DNA of 63,131 nt, the filler included, from Octopus bimaculoides (Eukaryota): the NCBI RefSeq assembly GCF_001194135.2. It is 5 parts of 5 records of this genome, joined end to end, with 100 filler letters (N's around TTAATTAATTAA, not from the genome) between each part and the next. Parts side by side here need not be neighbours in the genome. Positions count along the whole stretch, not along the records: positions 1 to 29,326 come from NC_068983.1; 4 more parts are not named here. One strand, given 5' to 3'. The number at the start of each line of letters is the position of its first letter. Positions within the stretch are counted from its first letter, which is position 1. A program made the translations under genes and the position numbers. This document shows positions 1 to 12,965 of this stretch, one piece after another. The notes beneath the pieces were generated by a model. The model ran no database searches. It was not told the origin of the DNA and saw only the letters and a program-made list of their open reading frames with translations.

Positions 1-463
1 TATATATGTATCAATGTCTCTTTGTGACTGTGTTAGCCCCACCCCACCCCACCATCACTTGACAACCGATGGTGTGTGTTTATGTCCCTGTATCTTAGCA
101 GTTCGGCAAAAGAGACCGACAGAATAAGTACTAGGTTTTAACGAAAAAAGTCCTGAGTCGTTTCGTTCGACTAAAATCCTTCAGAGCAGTGCTCCCGTAT
201 GGCCGTAGTTTATTGACTGAAACAAGAGAAAAGATAATACTGCACAAACCAGCAGTAAACCGCCCGGAGGACTAGTATTATACATATATTCATTTCAATA
301 TGTGGCAATATTGGGTTGGCATTATTCTCATGTGAGTGTTCAGATTAGTCCTATTTATACATCACTGTATATATTATTGTTCTAAATCTGTTTCTTTTCT
401 TCATAATTCAGCATCTCGTTAATTCGCTTTTAACGCAAAATGTATTTTCAGTATAACTGCGAA

Positions 464-497
<34 letters not shown>

Positions 498-2708
498 ATC
501 TGTATGTATATATGCGTGTGTGTGTATGTGTGTGTGTATACATATGTATACTTAAATACATATACATCTGCACACCCACACATCCACACACCTACACACA
601 CATATACATGTATACGAAGAGTGTTTATTTGGATAGTATCCAATGCATTCAAGTGATGGTGAAAAATTGCCGTCTCAAAAATATGAACAGTATTCCATGA
701 ATGACCTTGTTAGAGAGAAATGTGTATGATACCGCGCTGTCGAGTATTAGAGTAATACATCTCTTTGGAACAGATTTTGAATAATTTTCTATTTTAATAG
801 GAAGAATTCTTACAAGCATACATTCGTATAGGTACACACACACATAATCATGCACACAAACTCACGCACACACACATACATACACACACACATACACACA
901 CACACACACACATACACACACTTATATTATACATCGGCGAAAAATAGACGCAAGTGGAAAATAATTCTTTCGATCGAAATTGAACGCTCTATAAAGAAAA
1001 AGAGAAAAAGACAAAAGGAAAAGTAAAACATACATTCCATGATTTTCTTGCAGACTGTAGTTATTTTCCACCTTTAAGAACTGTTTCACTCCATAGAATC
1101 TTTAATTAATATATCTGAGGTTATGTCATGTGGATAATTTCTAAAAAGAACGAAATAATGCGATACATGATTATCACTAACTAGATATTTTGAGAACTTC
1201 GCAATAAGCAAGCACCAAAAAAGAAAGAATACAAATTAAGTATTCGTATTTTGTGTATCTTTTTCCTTGTTCCTAAATTTCAAATGCGAACTTCTAATCA
1301 CGCCAAATATTTGTAAGAAATGGTTAACCCCCTTGTATTAACTGTCCTCAATTTTCTACCTTAATTACATTGTTGTATTTAGAAGTGGACAGGATTAGTA
1401 GATGGAGAAAAATACACGTTAATATTTTGTTCAAATCTAAGGCAGCGTGCTGAGAAAATTATTAGCACGCTGGACAAAATGCTTGGCGGCATTTTGTTCC
1501 GGCTTTACGTTCTAAGTTCAAATCCGCTGAGGTAGACTATGCCTTTCATACTTATCAGCTGAATACTGGGGTGGTTGTAATCGACTTGCCCCCTCCTGCC
1601 CCAAAATATAATCCTTGTATCTATAGTATAAAGGATTATTTAGTTTAAATTTCGTCAATGTCACATTTGGTTTTCATTCACTCCGCCACTGGCTTTGACA
1701 AAATAAGGTAATAGTCAATTATTAAGGTCATTGGTATCGACTACCCACCTCTCAAAATAACTGGTTTCGTGTTTAAATTGGTAAGCAATTTTTTTGTAAC
1801 GTCTTTACGTTCTTCGTTTAAATCCGCCGAAGTCGATTTCATTCTTGCATAATCAAAAGTCTTAGAGTCAAATTAAACAACTTCCTATCGATTTTTTGGC
1901 TCTGTGCTTATGTTTGAAAATTTTAAATTACAATTACTGAATCCCAAAATAAATAAAATAGAATAAATGAATATAATTATCTGTGAATCTTTAAATCAAT
2001 CAGTTTTCTTTATTCTGTAACAATCCTAACGAAATAATTATAATTAGAGAAATATCAATGAAAAGCACATTTGTTTCGATGATAGTTACTTTGGTTGTTC
2101 GGTCAAGTGAATACCATATTTGCTACACTGATTGAGAGTATTCCAAAGATCTCATGATACCGTAAAACTCATGACATAACGTAATACTCATGCAGAATCA
2201 ATATGGCTTTCTGTATAACACGGCTGACTCACTGAATTACAGTCATAATTTGTCTGATTGACCAAAACTTTTTCATCTATCCATGACACCAAAATTTTTT
2301 CATTTATCCATTAGAGCAAAACCTTTTCGTTTATCCGTGACAAAGCTAGCAACTCTCTCCACAACTGGCTAGAACCGTATAACACAATAAAGCTTTCTGT
2401 AACTTGATATTTCTGATTGAAATGAATGGCTGGTTATATATATATATATCTGATATATATGTTCTCCACAAAGCATGACTAATCAAAATCTATTTTTCTG
2501 AACGTACAATACTATCAAATGAAAAAGTATGTGCTGTTGCTTTTAACTGTTTTCACCATTTTTTCTTTCCCAAATGAAACCCTCCAAAATAAAGCGATGT
2601 CCAACATGTACATTTTATTCTCATCTCATTTAACTAATACGATATTTGTGCTTAATCAAATACCACTCTAATATTTATTTACATGAGCCAATGTGAGAAC
2701 AGAGACAA

Positions 2709-3107
2709 AAGCGGTGAGCTGGCAGAATCGTTTACACACCGGGCGTAATGTTTAGCGGTATTTCGTCTGTCGTTACGTTCTGAGTTCAAATTCCGTTGAG
2801 GTCGGCTTTGCCTTTCATCCTTTCGGGGTCGATTAAATAAGTACCAGTTACGCACTGGGGTCGATGTAATCGACTTAATCCCTTTATTTGTCCCCTCTAT
2901 CTTTAGCCTCCCTGTGGGCAATGAAGAAATAAAAGCGGTGAGATGGCAGAATCGTTTGCACGCCGGGTAAAATACTTACTGGTATTTCGTCCGTCTTTAA
3001 CGTTCTGAGTTCAAATTTCGCCGAAGTCGTCTTTATCTTACATGATATCGGGATCGAATCCCTCTCTCGAAATTGCTTGCCTTGTACCAGAATTTGAAAC
3101 CAATATG
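2709..3107 (+). mobile_element. SINE B head-to-tail dimer
   Basis: B1 copy 2709-2932 immediately followed by a second copy with a different tail. Confidence 0.88.
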
Positions 3108-3603
3108 AGAGCAGGGAATAGCAATTCTGTTTTATAATAACCCACTTTGGATTATTTTACGTTTTCTTCTCATGGCCCAAATCTATATTATATGACATCT
3201 TACGCATTAAAATATCTCCACGTTCCTTTCCATTTCCAACACCGACAAGGCTTATCTTTCTTTTACTTGTTTTAGTCATTGAACTACGGCTATCCGGGGG
3301 CACCGCCCTGAAGGTGCTCCTGGATAGCCGCACGAATCGGTCCCAGTACTTATGTGTTTTTTAAAATTTTGGTACTTATTCAATCAGTTTCCTTTGTCGA
3401 ACTTATGGGAGTGTAAACAAACCAGCTTCGGTTATCAAACGGTGCGCATGTAAGGTTATAAACACACATACATACACGCGCATGTAGGGTTACATACATT
3501 CTTCAAGACCTTGAAACTCCAGAACTAGAGCTCAAGCAGTTTAAATTCATACTCAGGACAATATATACATACAGAGAAACAAACACACCACTATATATAT
3601 ATA

Positions 3604-4533
3604 TTGGGTCATCCTATAAATAGTGCTGTTTTTTTTATACTTCTTTTATTTTTCAAAATTAAGATAAACAAAGTTGTTTTTTAATCTAAAATGTACTCTC
3701 CTTCATTTTCTACAATGCTCTTCCATCTATCTGGTAGACTTGTAAGGCCCCTCTTCCAAAATTCAATTGTCCGTGACGAAAAATACTCCTTCAGTACTCT
3801 TCTCACCTCGTTTACAGAATTCATATTTTTTCCGTCCAAATAAGTTTGAAGACTGCGGAATAAATGATAATCAGATGGGGCAATGTCCGGCGAATATGGT
3901 GGGTGGGGTGATGGGCATCATTTCCCATTCAAACTGCAACAGTCTTTGGAATGTTATCTTCGCTGTATGTGGCCGAGCATTATCCTGATGGAAGAATACT
4001 TTTCGTCTTGAAACAAAAGACGGTCGTTTTTCTTCTAGCGCTGACTTGAATGACTGGTTGAATGACCAAATCCAAGCTCCTCTGCTAATTCCCCAACAGT
4101 TACGATCGGATTTTGTTCCATCAGGGTTTGCAGGACGTTCTCGTCGAGCTCCATAGATATTCCAGGACGAGGCTCGTCTTCTAGGCTGTAACTTCCCGTT
4201 CGGAATATCTGGAACCATCGTTGACACTGGCTTACGCTTATTGTCGGATCCTCATATACTGCATTAATATTCCACTCACTGTCCGTTGCGTTGTCGCCTT
4301 CATTGAACTCATAAAGCAAAATATGCCGAATATTCTCCTATGTCACTTCCATTATAGCCTTGATAAAATAACTGCTAAAATCGAATTGCACTCTTCAAAA
4401 TTTGCACTAAGAATAAGCACTAGGTAAAATTACTACCTGTTTTTATAGCAAGTTGATGCAGGTAGTTTATCCCGTCTCCCTCCGACTTTTAGTTCATGCA
4501 ATTGAAAAACTCCGCATTTATGGGATGGCCCAA
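3604..4533 (-). mobile_element. Internally deleted mariner transposon
   Basis: TIRs (ta)ttgggtcatcctataaat and (ta)ttgggccatcccataaat, flanked by TA within (TA)n; 930 bp. Confidence 0.92.
3681..4352 (-). pseudogene. Mariner transposase pseudogene
   Basis: MEVT*ENIRHILLYEF...CQRWFQIFRTG...LEDEPRPG HTH region jumps to HQDNARPH...HPPYSPDIAPSDYHLF...ENEGEYILD*; early stop, frameshift, and the segment with the first catalytic Asp missing. Confidence 0.92.
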
Positions 4534-5469
4534 TATATATATATATATATATATTACAAATAAAGGGTATGATTAACTAAGACTGGTTAGTTTCGTTGTT
4601 TTTCTTCTTGTTTTGCCTTTGTGAGTTACAAGTATTGCTATCTGTTGAAGTTTTAGCACTTTAACTGGTATTTCTAAATTTCGGTATGTGGTGAAGCAAC
4701 TGTTGCTGATCCCTTAATTATGTTTATATATANNNNNNNNNNNNNNNNNNNNNNNNNNNNNNNNNNNNNNNNNNNNNNNNNNNNNNNNNNNNNNNNNNNN
4801 NNNNNNNNNNNNNNNNNNNNNNNNNNNNNNNNNNNNNNNNNNNNNNNNNNNNNNNNNNNNNNNNNNNNNNNNNNNNNNNNNNNNNNNNNNNNNNNNNNNN
4901 NNNNNNNNNNNNNNNNNNNNNNNNNNNNNNNNNNNNNNNNNNNNNNNNNNNNNNNNNNNNNNNNNNNNNNNNNNNNNNNNNNNNNNNNNNNNNNNNNNNN
5001 NNNNNNNNNNNNNNNNNNNNNNNNNNNNNNNNNNNNNNNNNNNNNNNNNNNNNNNNNNNNNNNNNNNNNNNNNNNNNNNNNNNNNNNNNNNNNNNNNNNN
5101 NNNNNNNNNNNNNNNNNNNNNNNNNNNNNNNNNNNNNNNNNNNNNNNNNNNNNNNNNNNNNNNNNNNNNNNNNNNNNNNNNNNNNNNNNNNNNNNNNNNN
5201 NNNNNNNNNNNNNNNNNNNNNNNNNNNNNNNNNNNATATATATATACATACATACACTCATCACACAAATCACACAAACGCATATACTCTGACATTTTTG
5301 CATAAAGAGCAATCAAGCAAGCCAAGAAATAAGTATACGAAAGAGAAGAATCTGTATTTTTTCTGACAGCTTTCTCCTTATATATTTTCATATAATTGTA
5401 ATTACTAACAGCAGTAGCAATTTCGAGTACAGATTTCACTGGAAAGATAGAAATCTTCCAAATATCACA

Positions 5470-5513
<44 letters not shown>

Positions 5514-5963
5514 TACACAGAGGCGCGTAGATGTGAGCATTTAGAAATGCATTTAATTATTTGACTTTTACTTAGTATTTATTACACAAGCTGAGCGTTG
5601 AGTAGGTTGTGTTTCTGCACTTCGTAATATGAATAACGTCCTTACTTTTTGGTGCTCATAAAACGGAGTTGTTTGTGGAGAGATTACAGCATTTACGAGG
5701 TAGATTTAGTATTTGCAGTTGGAGAAAGAAACAAGAGATTGGTATATTTTGCCAACATTACCTGAAAAACATGACAGTCTTGTTTTTCTTGTAGATAATT
5801 TATTTACTTTTTGAACAGAAATATCTATTTAACTACATACACTTTGACTCGTTTAGAGAGGCAAGATAAATAAGATGTTTAAATACTTAGCATGGCTTAC
5901 GTCTTCTTTCAAGGTTCACCATAAATTCATAAAACGTACTTTTGATGTTATATATTCACAATA

Positions 5964-6232
5964 TATTGATTTCAAAGTTTTGGCACAAGGCCAGTAATTT
6001 TTAGGGACGGGGTAAGTCGATTACATTGACCCCAGTACTCAACTGGTGCTTATTTTATCGACACCGAAAGGCTGAAAAGCAAAGTCGACCTCGGCGGAAT
6101 TTGATCTCAATATATTCACGGTGTATTGGTTTCAAATTTTGGCACAAAGCCAGCAAGTTCGGGTGAGGCGGCAAGTCGATCTTGTCGACCCCAGGGCTCA
6201 ACTGGTACTTATTTTATCGACCTAGAAAGGAT
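5964..6232 (-). mobile_element. Two tandem SINE B 3' halves
   Basis: About 160-bp period, both starting tatattcac...tattg.tttcaaa. Confidence 0.8.
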
Positions 6233-6235
6233 TAA

Positions 6236-6478
6236 TTGCAAACAACAACAACAACAGCTCAAGGAACAACAACAACAACAACAAAGATTGCAGCAGCAAA
6301 CGTTACACTTAATGAAGTTGATAACCAATGCGCAGAATACATTTTCTCCTGACCATGTGGCAAATTTCATGAGCGAATTCAAATATGACTCCGAAGAAGG
6401 AGTAAACCCTCGAGGCAAACTTTCAGAGATTTCAATAAATTTTTGTAAAAGAATGCCAGGATTGGACGAGAAAGTCTT
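6236..6478 (+). mobile_element. Gypsy/Ty3 gag remnant with Q-rich start
   Basis: FSPDHVANFMSEFKYDSEEGV then frameshift to TLEANFQRFQ*IFVKECQDWT, resembling the K02A2.6-like gag motif EF.YDP..GVTFEAW..RYEDIF. Confidence 0.6.
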
Positions 6479-6833
6479 TGACCATAGATTTGAACAGTCA
6501 GAAATGACCTGGGGTTAAACAACAACAACAGTGTTAGTGAATTGGCTTTTGGGTTCTAAACATATTTCTTATCGTTTCACAATTGTTTTTGGCTGGAGAG
6601 AGATTAGGAGAAAAGACCAGACATTTTCTGAGTTGACCTTTTGTGTTACAGTAATATTTAAAGTGTATAAACTCTGAAATGACCCAAATCAAATTGTGGG
6701 TCCCATAGCACACTGAAAATTTCATCTTCAAGTAGTATATGTAAGGGACAGATGAATATGCCTTAAGGTCATCTCTTTTCAAACCACATCTAGAGAAGTT
6801 AACAAGACACCTGTATTTGTTTTCAAGGCGGTA

Positions 6834-7061
6834 TACGAGGGGGTGCTGAAAAATTCCTGGTTTTAAGGGTATCGTGAAAAGCATGATTGGAGGCCCAACC
6901 TTCGGAGTTATTTTACAGGGCTTAGAAAAATTGAAGGACCTAAAGGACCGATGCAATAAGTGTGTAAATCTGGGAAGGGAATAAGTTGAATAAAATCATA
7001 ATTAACTGATTCTCCTGTATTTTCTGTTGTCCAAAGCCAGGGACCTTCAGCACATCTTCGT
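6834..7061. mobile_element. Mariner-derived MITE, copy 1
   Basis: Imperfect TIRs tacgagggggtgctgaaaaattcctgg / ccagggaccttcagcacatcttcg; interior retains a mariner C-terminal remnant (DRCNKCVNL). Confidence 0.75.
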
Positions 7062-7173
7062 TCATTGGTTAGAATCTCCTACTTTGCGCTACTTGTTTAC
7101 TGCTAAATAGACCGGGTTATTTGAAAAGATACGGCCTGCTATTCTTTCACAAATCTCTAGTTTAAATTCGTTT

Positions 7174-7333
7174 GTGGTTGTTGTAGAGTGGAACAGCGAA
7201 CTAGTAAACAGAGGTCGGTGCAGAGTGGAACAGCAGGCAAAGAAAGCAATCAAGGAAAACAGTGAACAGTGGGTGGTTGTTGTAGAGTGGAACAGTGAAC
7301 AAATAAACAGAGGTTGCTGTAGAATGGAACACT
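7174..7333. repeat. 99-bp-period direct duplication with gtagagtggaacag-like subunits
   Basis: About 60-bp units start at 7174 and 7273. Confidence 0.85.
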
Positions 7334-7631
7334 GTGCAGCAGTCGGCATAAAACGGAATAGTGAAATAACAACAGAGGAAAAATACTGTACGTGTGTTAC
7401 AGTTGAAAGTTTTATGTAGTCTACGTCACTCAACACGCTAAGAATAGCACTGAGAAATATCTAATAAATCTATACCCAGGGCTATCTTGGCAGCATTATA
7501 AACTCTCGGGCAAATCAATGCAATGAGCCTTATAATAACCATGCTAGCAAACCACAATACACGTAGATCAGAATCGGGTCCCCGATCCATGAGATGCCTG
7601 GGAAACTGCACAGTGTCCCCATTCCTTAAAC

Positions 7632-7945
7632 TGGTACTCCGTCGGTTACGACAACGTATGTTCCAGTTGATTCGATCAACGGAACAGCCTTCTAGTGAAA
7701 TTAACGTGCAAGTGGCTGAGCACTCCACAATCACATGTACCCTTAATGTAGTTCTCAAGGAGATTCAGCGTGACACAACATATAACAAAGCTGGCCTTTC
7801 GAAATATAGGTACCTCTCATTTTTGCCAGTTAGAGCAACGTGAAATAAAGTGTCTTGCTCAAGGACACAACGTACCGCCGGGTATCGATCACATGACCTT
7901 ACTATCGTGATCCAAATATCCTAACCACTAAGCCAAGAGCCTTCA
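7632..7945 (-). mobile_element. SINE family C variant (C2)
   Basis: Shares the 3' about 150 bp with C1 but has a ttgagcaagacactttatttcacg middle. Confidence 0.82.
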
Positions 7946-10308
7946 GACAGTACTGTCTACATTCCCTTTTTCTTTGTAAAAGTAACTGGAAAGCACAGCC
8001 GTACTCCTTTCTTGAGACATGAAACGGTTTATAGAAAACTTCATTTGTAAGTGGTTACTTTTAAAAAAATTTATATCACGTTTATATCACGACAGCGTCG
8101 ATGTTTACAGGTTTCCAAACGAACCAATAGCTGGTTCACTGAGATGTAATACGTTTTTGTCAGTTGTTTGACTCAATAACTTCGTTTGGTAAAAGATTTA
8201 CGAATTCGGTGAGAAAGAGAAAGCTGTCAGAGAATGCCCTGAAAATGTCGATTAACATATCACATAGCTCTTGAATGATGCCATGACTCACGCTATTATT
8301 GCTTTATGTTATACCTCCCACCCTTCTATCTTCTCCTCTCGCTTTCTGTGTCTCTCTATTTCTGTGTGTCTATTTGTCTGACGCTATCTCTCTCTGTCTG
8401 TATATTTCTCTATCTGCATCTCTATCTTTCGCAACAACGGGTGTTATTCCAATTCTATGGTTTATTTCGGTGGGAAACAAGCTGTAACACACGATTATAT
8501 TCATCGCATAACTTTCACAAAACCAAAATAAGTTAAATCTCTTTCATAGGTGCAATATTTCAGGAGATAGAATGCTATGTACAAAGTGCATCTTTTATTA
8601 AAAAACAAAATCTAATTGTTCTGGAATGTAAGTAATTTGGCATCCGCCGTGTAACAGTTAAAACCGAATACCTGGTGCAAAATACTCACATGCGAATTTC
8701 TAACGTTTATAATTTCTGTCGTTAATATCATATTAAATATCATTTAATTTAATGACTATCAAAATATAACGAACAAGATTTTCTAATGATTTGCTACTGT
8801 TTATGTTTGGATAGCTTAAACAAATTTTTAATTGTGAATTTTACTGAATTTATTTGTGAAATATAAAACTTCATGCAGGAGACTGAATGTACGGGCGTAG
8901 CTTTGTGGGTAAGAAACCTGCTGCCAAACCAGGTGGTATAGAGTTCAGTCCCGTTGCGCAGCACTTTGGGCAAGTGTCTTTTGCTCTGGGTCGCCCAATA
9001 CCCTGTGAGTGAATTTAGTGAATGGAAACTGATAATTATTGTAACAGTCTTTTGGATAATTTGAAAGACAAATGTACGATATTATTTCTACTCTTTGAAG
9101 CAGTTATTTTGTATCTCTGACAAACCAACAGGCCTTTTGGGATTGTATGATTATCAGATGTTATCTATACGTATTTGGTCGATCTGTGAGGTTACCTCAG
9201 GTCACAAGTATTATTGTATAAGAAAAGAATCCGTCAAATAATTTGTTCATCTTTTCGTTGTTATTTGAAAGGGCCAACTTCTGTCTTGCAGATAGAAGGC
9301 AAAGTCAACCTGGGCGAGATTTGAACGTAAAGGTACAGAACTAAGAACGGTATTTTATCAGACGCTCTTCATATATTGCCAAATCTAGACAGAAGGAAAT
9401 TGTTGTTGTTAGCCCCAAGTCAGCCATGATTGAGGACAACTATGATCAAAGCTGATCTAGACGATTTCTTTCAGAAAGAAGGCGAAATGATGAACTCCAG
9501 AATTGGTACTTTATTTAACAAATCCGAAAAGATGAAAGGTAACATTGATCATATCGAGCTGGATTTGAACTCGGAGCGCAGAGAGCCGGAAAAAATAGTT
9601 CTCAACCATTTTTTACTTATAAACCCCCTTTGATACTTATTTTACTCAAGTGGACCCTAGAAACCATTCGATGTTTGGAAACATCCAAGCGTATTTTTTA
9701 AAATTAAATATTAATAGGAACTGTATAAAAAATTCTGAAAAATATTTTGTATGTCATAGAAGTATAACCAAATTATTGAACATAAACTTTAGCAACAAAA
9801 TCTGATATGGACCTCCAAAGGTCGTGTGGACTGCTGCTGTTAATTTGCCACCTTAATTAACCCTTCGCCAGTTCAAAGCATTTTCATAAGTTTGTCTGAA
9901 ATGACCATGCTTACCTTCAGACTTTTAGTTAACCTTCGTTTCACACGTTCTAAAAAAAACTTTCTTTCATAATCTCAAGTTACTCGGGTGGTTGAAAAGA
10001 ACTGAGATTGTGTATCATATATGATGCATAGATGCGCCAGGGAAATATGTCTTACCTTTCTAACAAACACAATTTTAGCCTCGTTCTGAAAACTAAGCAA
10101 TGACGACACAACTGGTTATATTTTTATCAACACGAGTCGAAATGTTAATATATACATATGTATGTTAATATGTATGTATGTATGTATGTATGTATGTGTG
10201 TGTGTGCATGTGTGCGTGCGTGCGTGCGGTTGCGCCGTGTCTGAGGTACATGAAAGTATTATGAATATCTCTCTATATAAATGTCTATCTATCTATCTAT
10301 CTACCTAC

Positions 10309-10387
<79 letters not shown>

Positions 10388-10537
10388 ACCATTTATCTAC
10401 CTATTTATCTATCTATACATATGATCAGGCTCCAACGAGGCTCGTGTTGTTCTGCATCAGTTAGACTTATACTATGTGTATATGCATGTGTGTATGCGTG
10501 TGTGTATGCGTGTGTGTATACACTCACACATACACAC

Positions 10538-10583
<46 letters not shown>

Positions 10584-10854
10584 CACACACATGTCTATTC
10601 ACTGTCAATACTTTTTATAGAATGGACGCCGAAATTAAAGCTTTTTTTTATCATTCACTATAGTTTTATCTTGTTCATCAGACACGTCAGTCAAATTAGC
10701 TTATCCTTAAGTAGAGAATATATGTTCCTATTCTGTATTTATAGAATAAAACCGTCTTTATCGTTCATTATGCGTTTTGTCTTTAGATTGAATTTAGATT
10801 TTCTCCACCACCACCACCACCACCACCACCATCACAGCGAATTCAAGACTGAAG

Positions 10855-11000
10855 ACCAGAAGCAGAAACTGTTCTAACCTAGTTGGATGAGCTAATCCAA
10901 CAATATCAATATTATACCGAAGTAAAAAAAATGTAGCAATCTGTCGATAATATAGAGAGCAGTTAAAGAATCCAATTCTTGGATTGGCTGAGAGCAGATA
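10855..11000 (-). mobile_element. APE-endonuclease remnant of a LINE
   Basis: RIGFFNCSLY...LLRYNIDIVGLAHPTRL resembles the IGTWNVRSL...LARYNIDIAALSETRL motif. Confidence 0.5.
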
Positions 11001-11149
11001 CCAACAGTTACAGTGCAACCAAGTTTTGAATACTTTTGATGATGCATCATATTCATCATCAAAGCGTTAAGAATTATACTAAAGTTGCGCCTTGTTGTTT
11101 TCCATGATGAAGACGAGAAAAAGCGATGCAAGAACTTAGACAAAGTAAG

Positions 11150-11600
11150 TCAAGACAGAGGCGTCTGAATACTGCTAAACAATTGGAAGGTGTTGGTGGA
11201 TTTAGGGAAGGCTCTCGTGTTACGGAGCCATATTGCAATAACGAAGTAACATCCTAGTGTTACGTGGACAGAAACGTCCTGGTTGTGGAGTTCCTTAAGA
11301 AGGCACTATGGAGTTAGTTCACAAAAGGAAATGCTTGGACTAGGAAAGGCTTACTGAGTTTTACACAGTATGTCCAATAGAGATGAGATGTCATGGATTT
11401 GCAATTAGATACACAATCTGCTACCTGGTCGGCATTCAATATAGACTGAAGATGAGAAGAAGCAGAGTAGTATTTACGAACTGGAAAGAATAATATAGAA
11501 CATTTCATCATGGGTATTGCTGATGCATAGGAGAGAAAGTTTACTGTCGAAAGTGAAGAACAAGTCCTGAATGAATTCCATAACAATATAATCATTTAAT
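11150..11600 (-). mobile_element. Old L2/Crack-like LINE 3' remnant
   Basis: Weak motifs AIPMMKCS (cf. IRPCMEYCS), EL..IVP and AFPKSTN; many indels. Confidence 0.35.
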
Positions 11601-11865
11601 GGTTACAGCTGCTTTTGGTTTGGAAAGATAATTGCATGGATAAATGACTAACAAGATGGAAAAAAAAAATGTGGGCTACGTCGTAAGGTTTTAGAGCTTG
11701 GACATTCCTTGGTAGTATCAGTGCTGCTCGAGAGTGTTGGCAGAAGCGGTACAGTAAGAAAGGTTCCGAAATAGCTGCGATCTGCGTTCAATAAGTGATG
11801 AAGAGAATACCTCGCAGTGCAAGTCTTATATAATAATAATAATAATAATAAAAACAACAACAACT

Positions 11866-11896
<31 letters not shown>

Positions 11897-11902
11897 TAAT
11901 AA

Positions 11903-12341
11903 TTAATGTTGTAACCGTCTTGAGATGTGGCATCTCGCGACGGTTACAACACCATTGATTGTAGGAGAACTTGGAATGATAAAAAAAGGAACTGAATATT
12001 ATTTGAGAATGATCCCTGGCTTACCATCTATGCAGGAAGTGCAAAAGATTGTCTTAACTGGCACGTCACACGTATTGAGAAGAGCATTGTCGCTGTGAAT
12101 TTACTTTTCTTTCTCCCCTTTTTTTCTTTTTCGTTTATTTTCATTTTTTCTATTTTTATTTTTGCTTTTCGCCTTTTTTCCCTTTCTCTTTCTCTTTTCT
12201 CCCCCCTTTTCTATATCACATATCTTGACTTTGTAAATGAACAAACGGGTGTGTTTATTTCAAAGCCTACAAATGTATACAGTGAATTTCTTTGCCCTAG
12301 GTTTCGGGAAGGCACTTAGCAAGAAATAGAAACAAAATTGA

Positions 12342-12342
<1 letters not shown>
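11903..12342 (+). mobile_element. R4/Dong-like RLE LINE, 5'-truncated 3' end in (TAA)n
   Basis: EMWHLATVTTPLIVGELGMIKKG...QKIVLTGTSHVLRRALSL* plus T-rich 3' UTR; (TAA)n on both sides. Confidence 0.85.
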
Positions 12343-12398
<56 letters not shown>

Positions 12399-12402
12399 TA
12401 TA

Positions 12403-12953
12403 GCCTTATGCCCTGATGTAGTACCAGACAGTGGTTCTCATAGATTCTGATTTTAACTGATTGGAAGTGTTATTATGTACATTGTTTTGTCTTGGTGTAA
12501 AAGATGGGCTACAGCAAATATTAGCTCAATATCGCAGAATTGCTTGTCAGTTGTTTGACCTTAACCAGTTGAGCATATCTCTTAGTGGCTGACAATGTGT
12601 GCATCTCTGATCACGAGAAGAAGTAGTGGGGGAGCATCATAGTCATGTGTTGGGAGGAATTCTTTGGGGTTTGGATAATTCACCTCTGGAAACATGGGTG
12701 CTTCGTTCAACACGCTTAAAAAACCCTTATTCAGAGACCTTTTGAGTGGAATGGGCTACTCGACCGGAAGAAAATCCTAACTGGGCTTCACCTGCAAGGT
12801 CATGCGCTGATAATCTTAATATGAGATCACCATGACGCGCACATATGGTTGTGCCTGGTGTACCCTTATCAAACGAGTAGTCATGATGGGTATACTGGGC
12901 TTCATCTATTTTACCCCAGTGTCACTTTGATGGCATGCACTGGTCTCTCACTC
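12403..12953 (+). mobile_element. Non-coding interspersed repeat, family F, near full length
   Basis: Same sequence recurs at 28294-28526 (-) and 39243-39420 (+); flanked by (TAA)n; no ORF. Confidence 0.8.
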
Positions 12954-12965
12954 AATAATAATAAT

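Noticed and set aside
2709-2932. SINE heads as functional tRNA genes; recurring SINE ORFs such as RNWYLFNRPRKDERQSRP
   Set aside because: Heads lack a full cloverleaf and continue into SINE bodies; the ORFs are antisense SINE translations.
4674-5514. Long ORFs spanning N runs (also near 16000-17280, 35100-35740, 43240-43950, 58400-59150)
   Set aside because: Open only because Ns hide stops; the flanks are microsatellite translations.
6126-6518. PolyQ ORF as a host gene
   Set aside because: Chimera of a SINE fragment, (CAA)n and a frameshifted Gypsy gag remnant.
6534-6835. Cys-containing minus ORF as the mature TGF-beta domain
   Set aside because: Superficial resemblance (CYGT, LSP, NM) but no CC pair, no GW..W motif and no terminal CxC.
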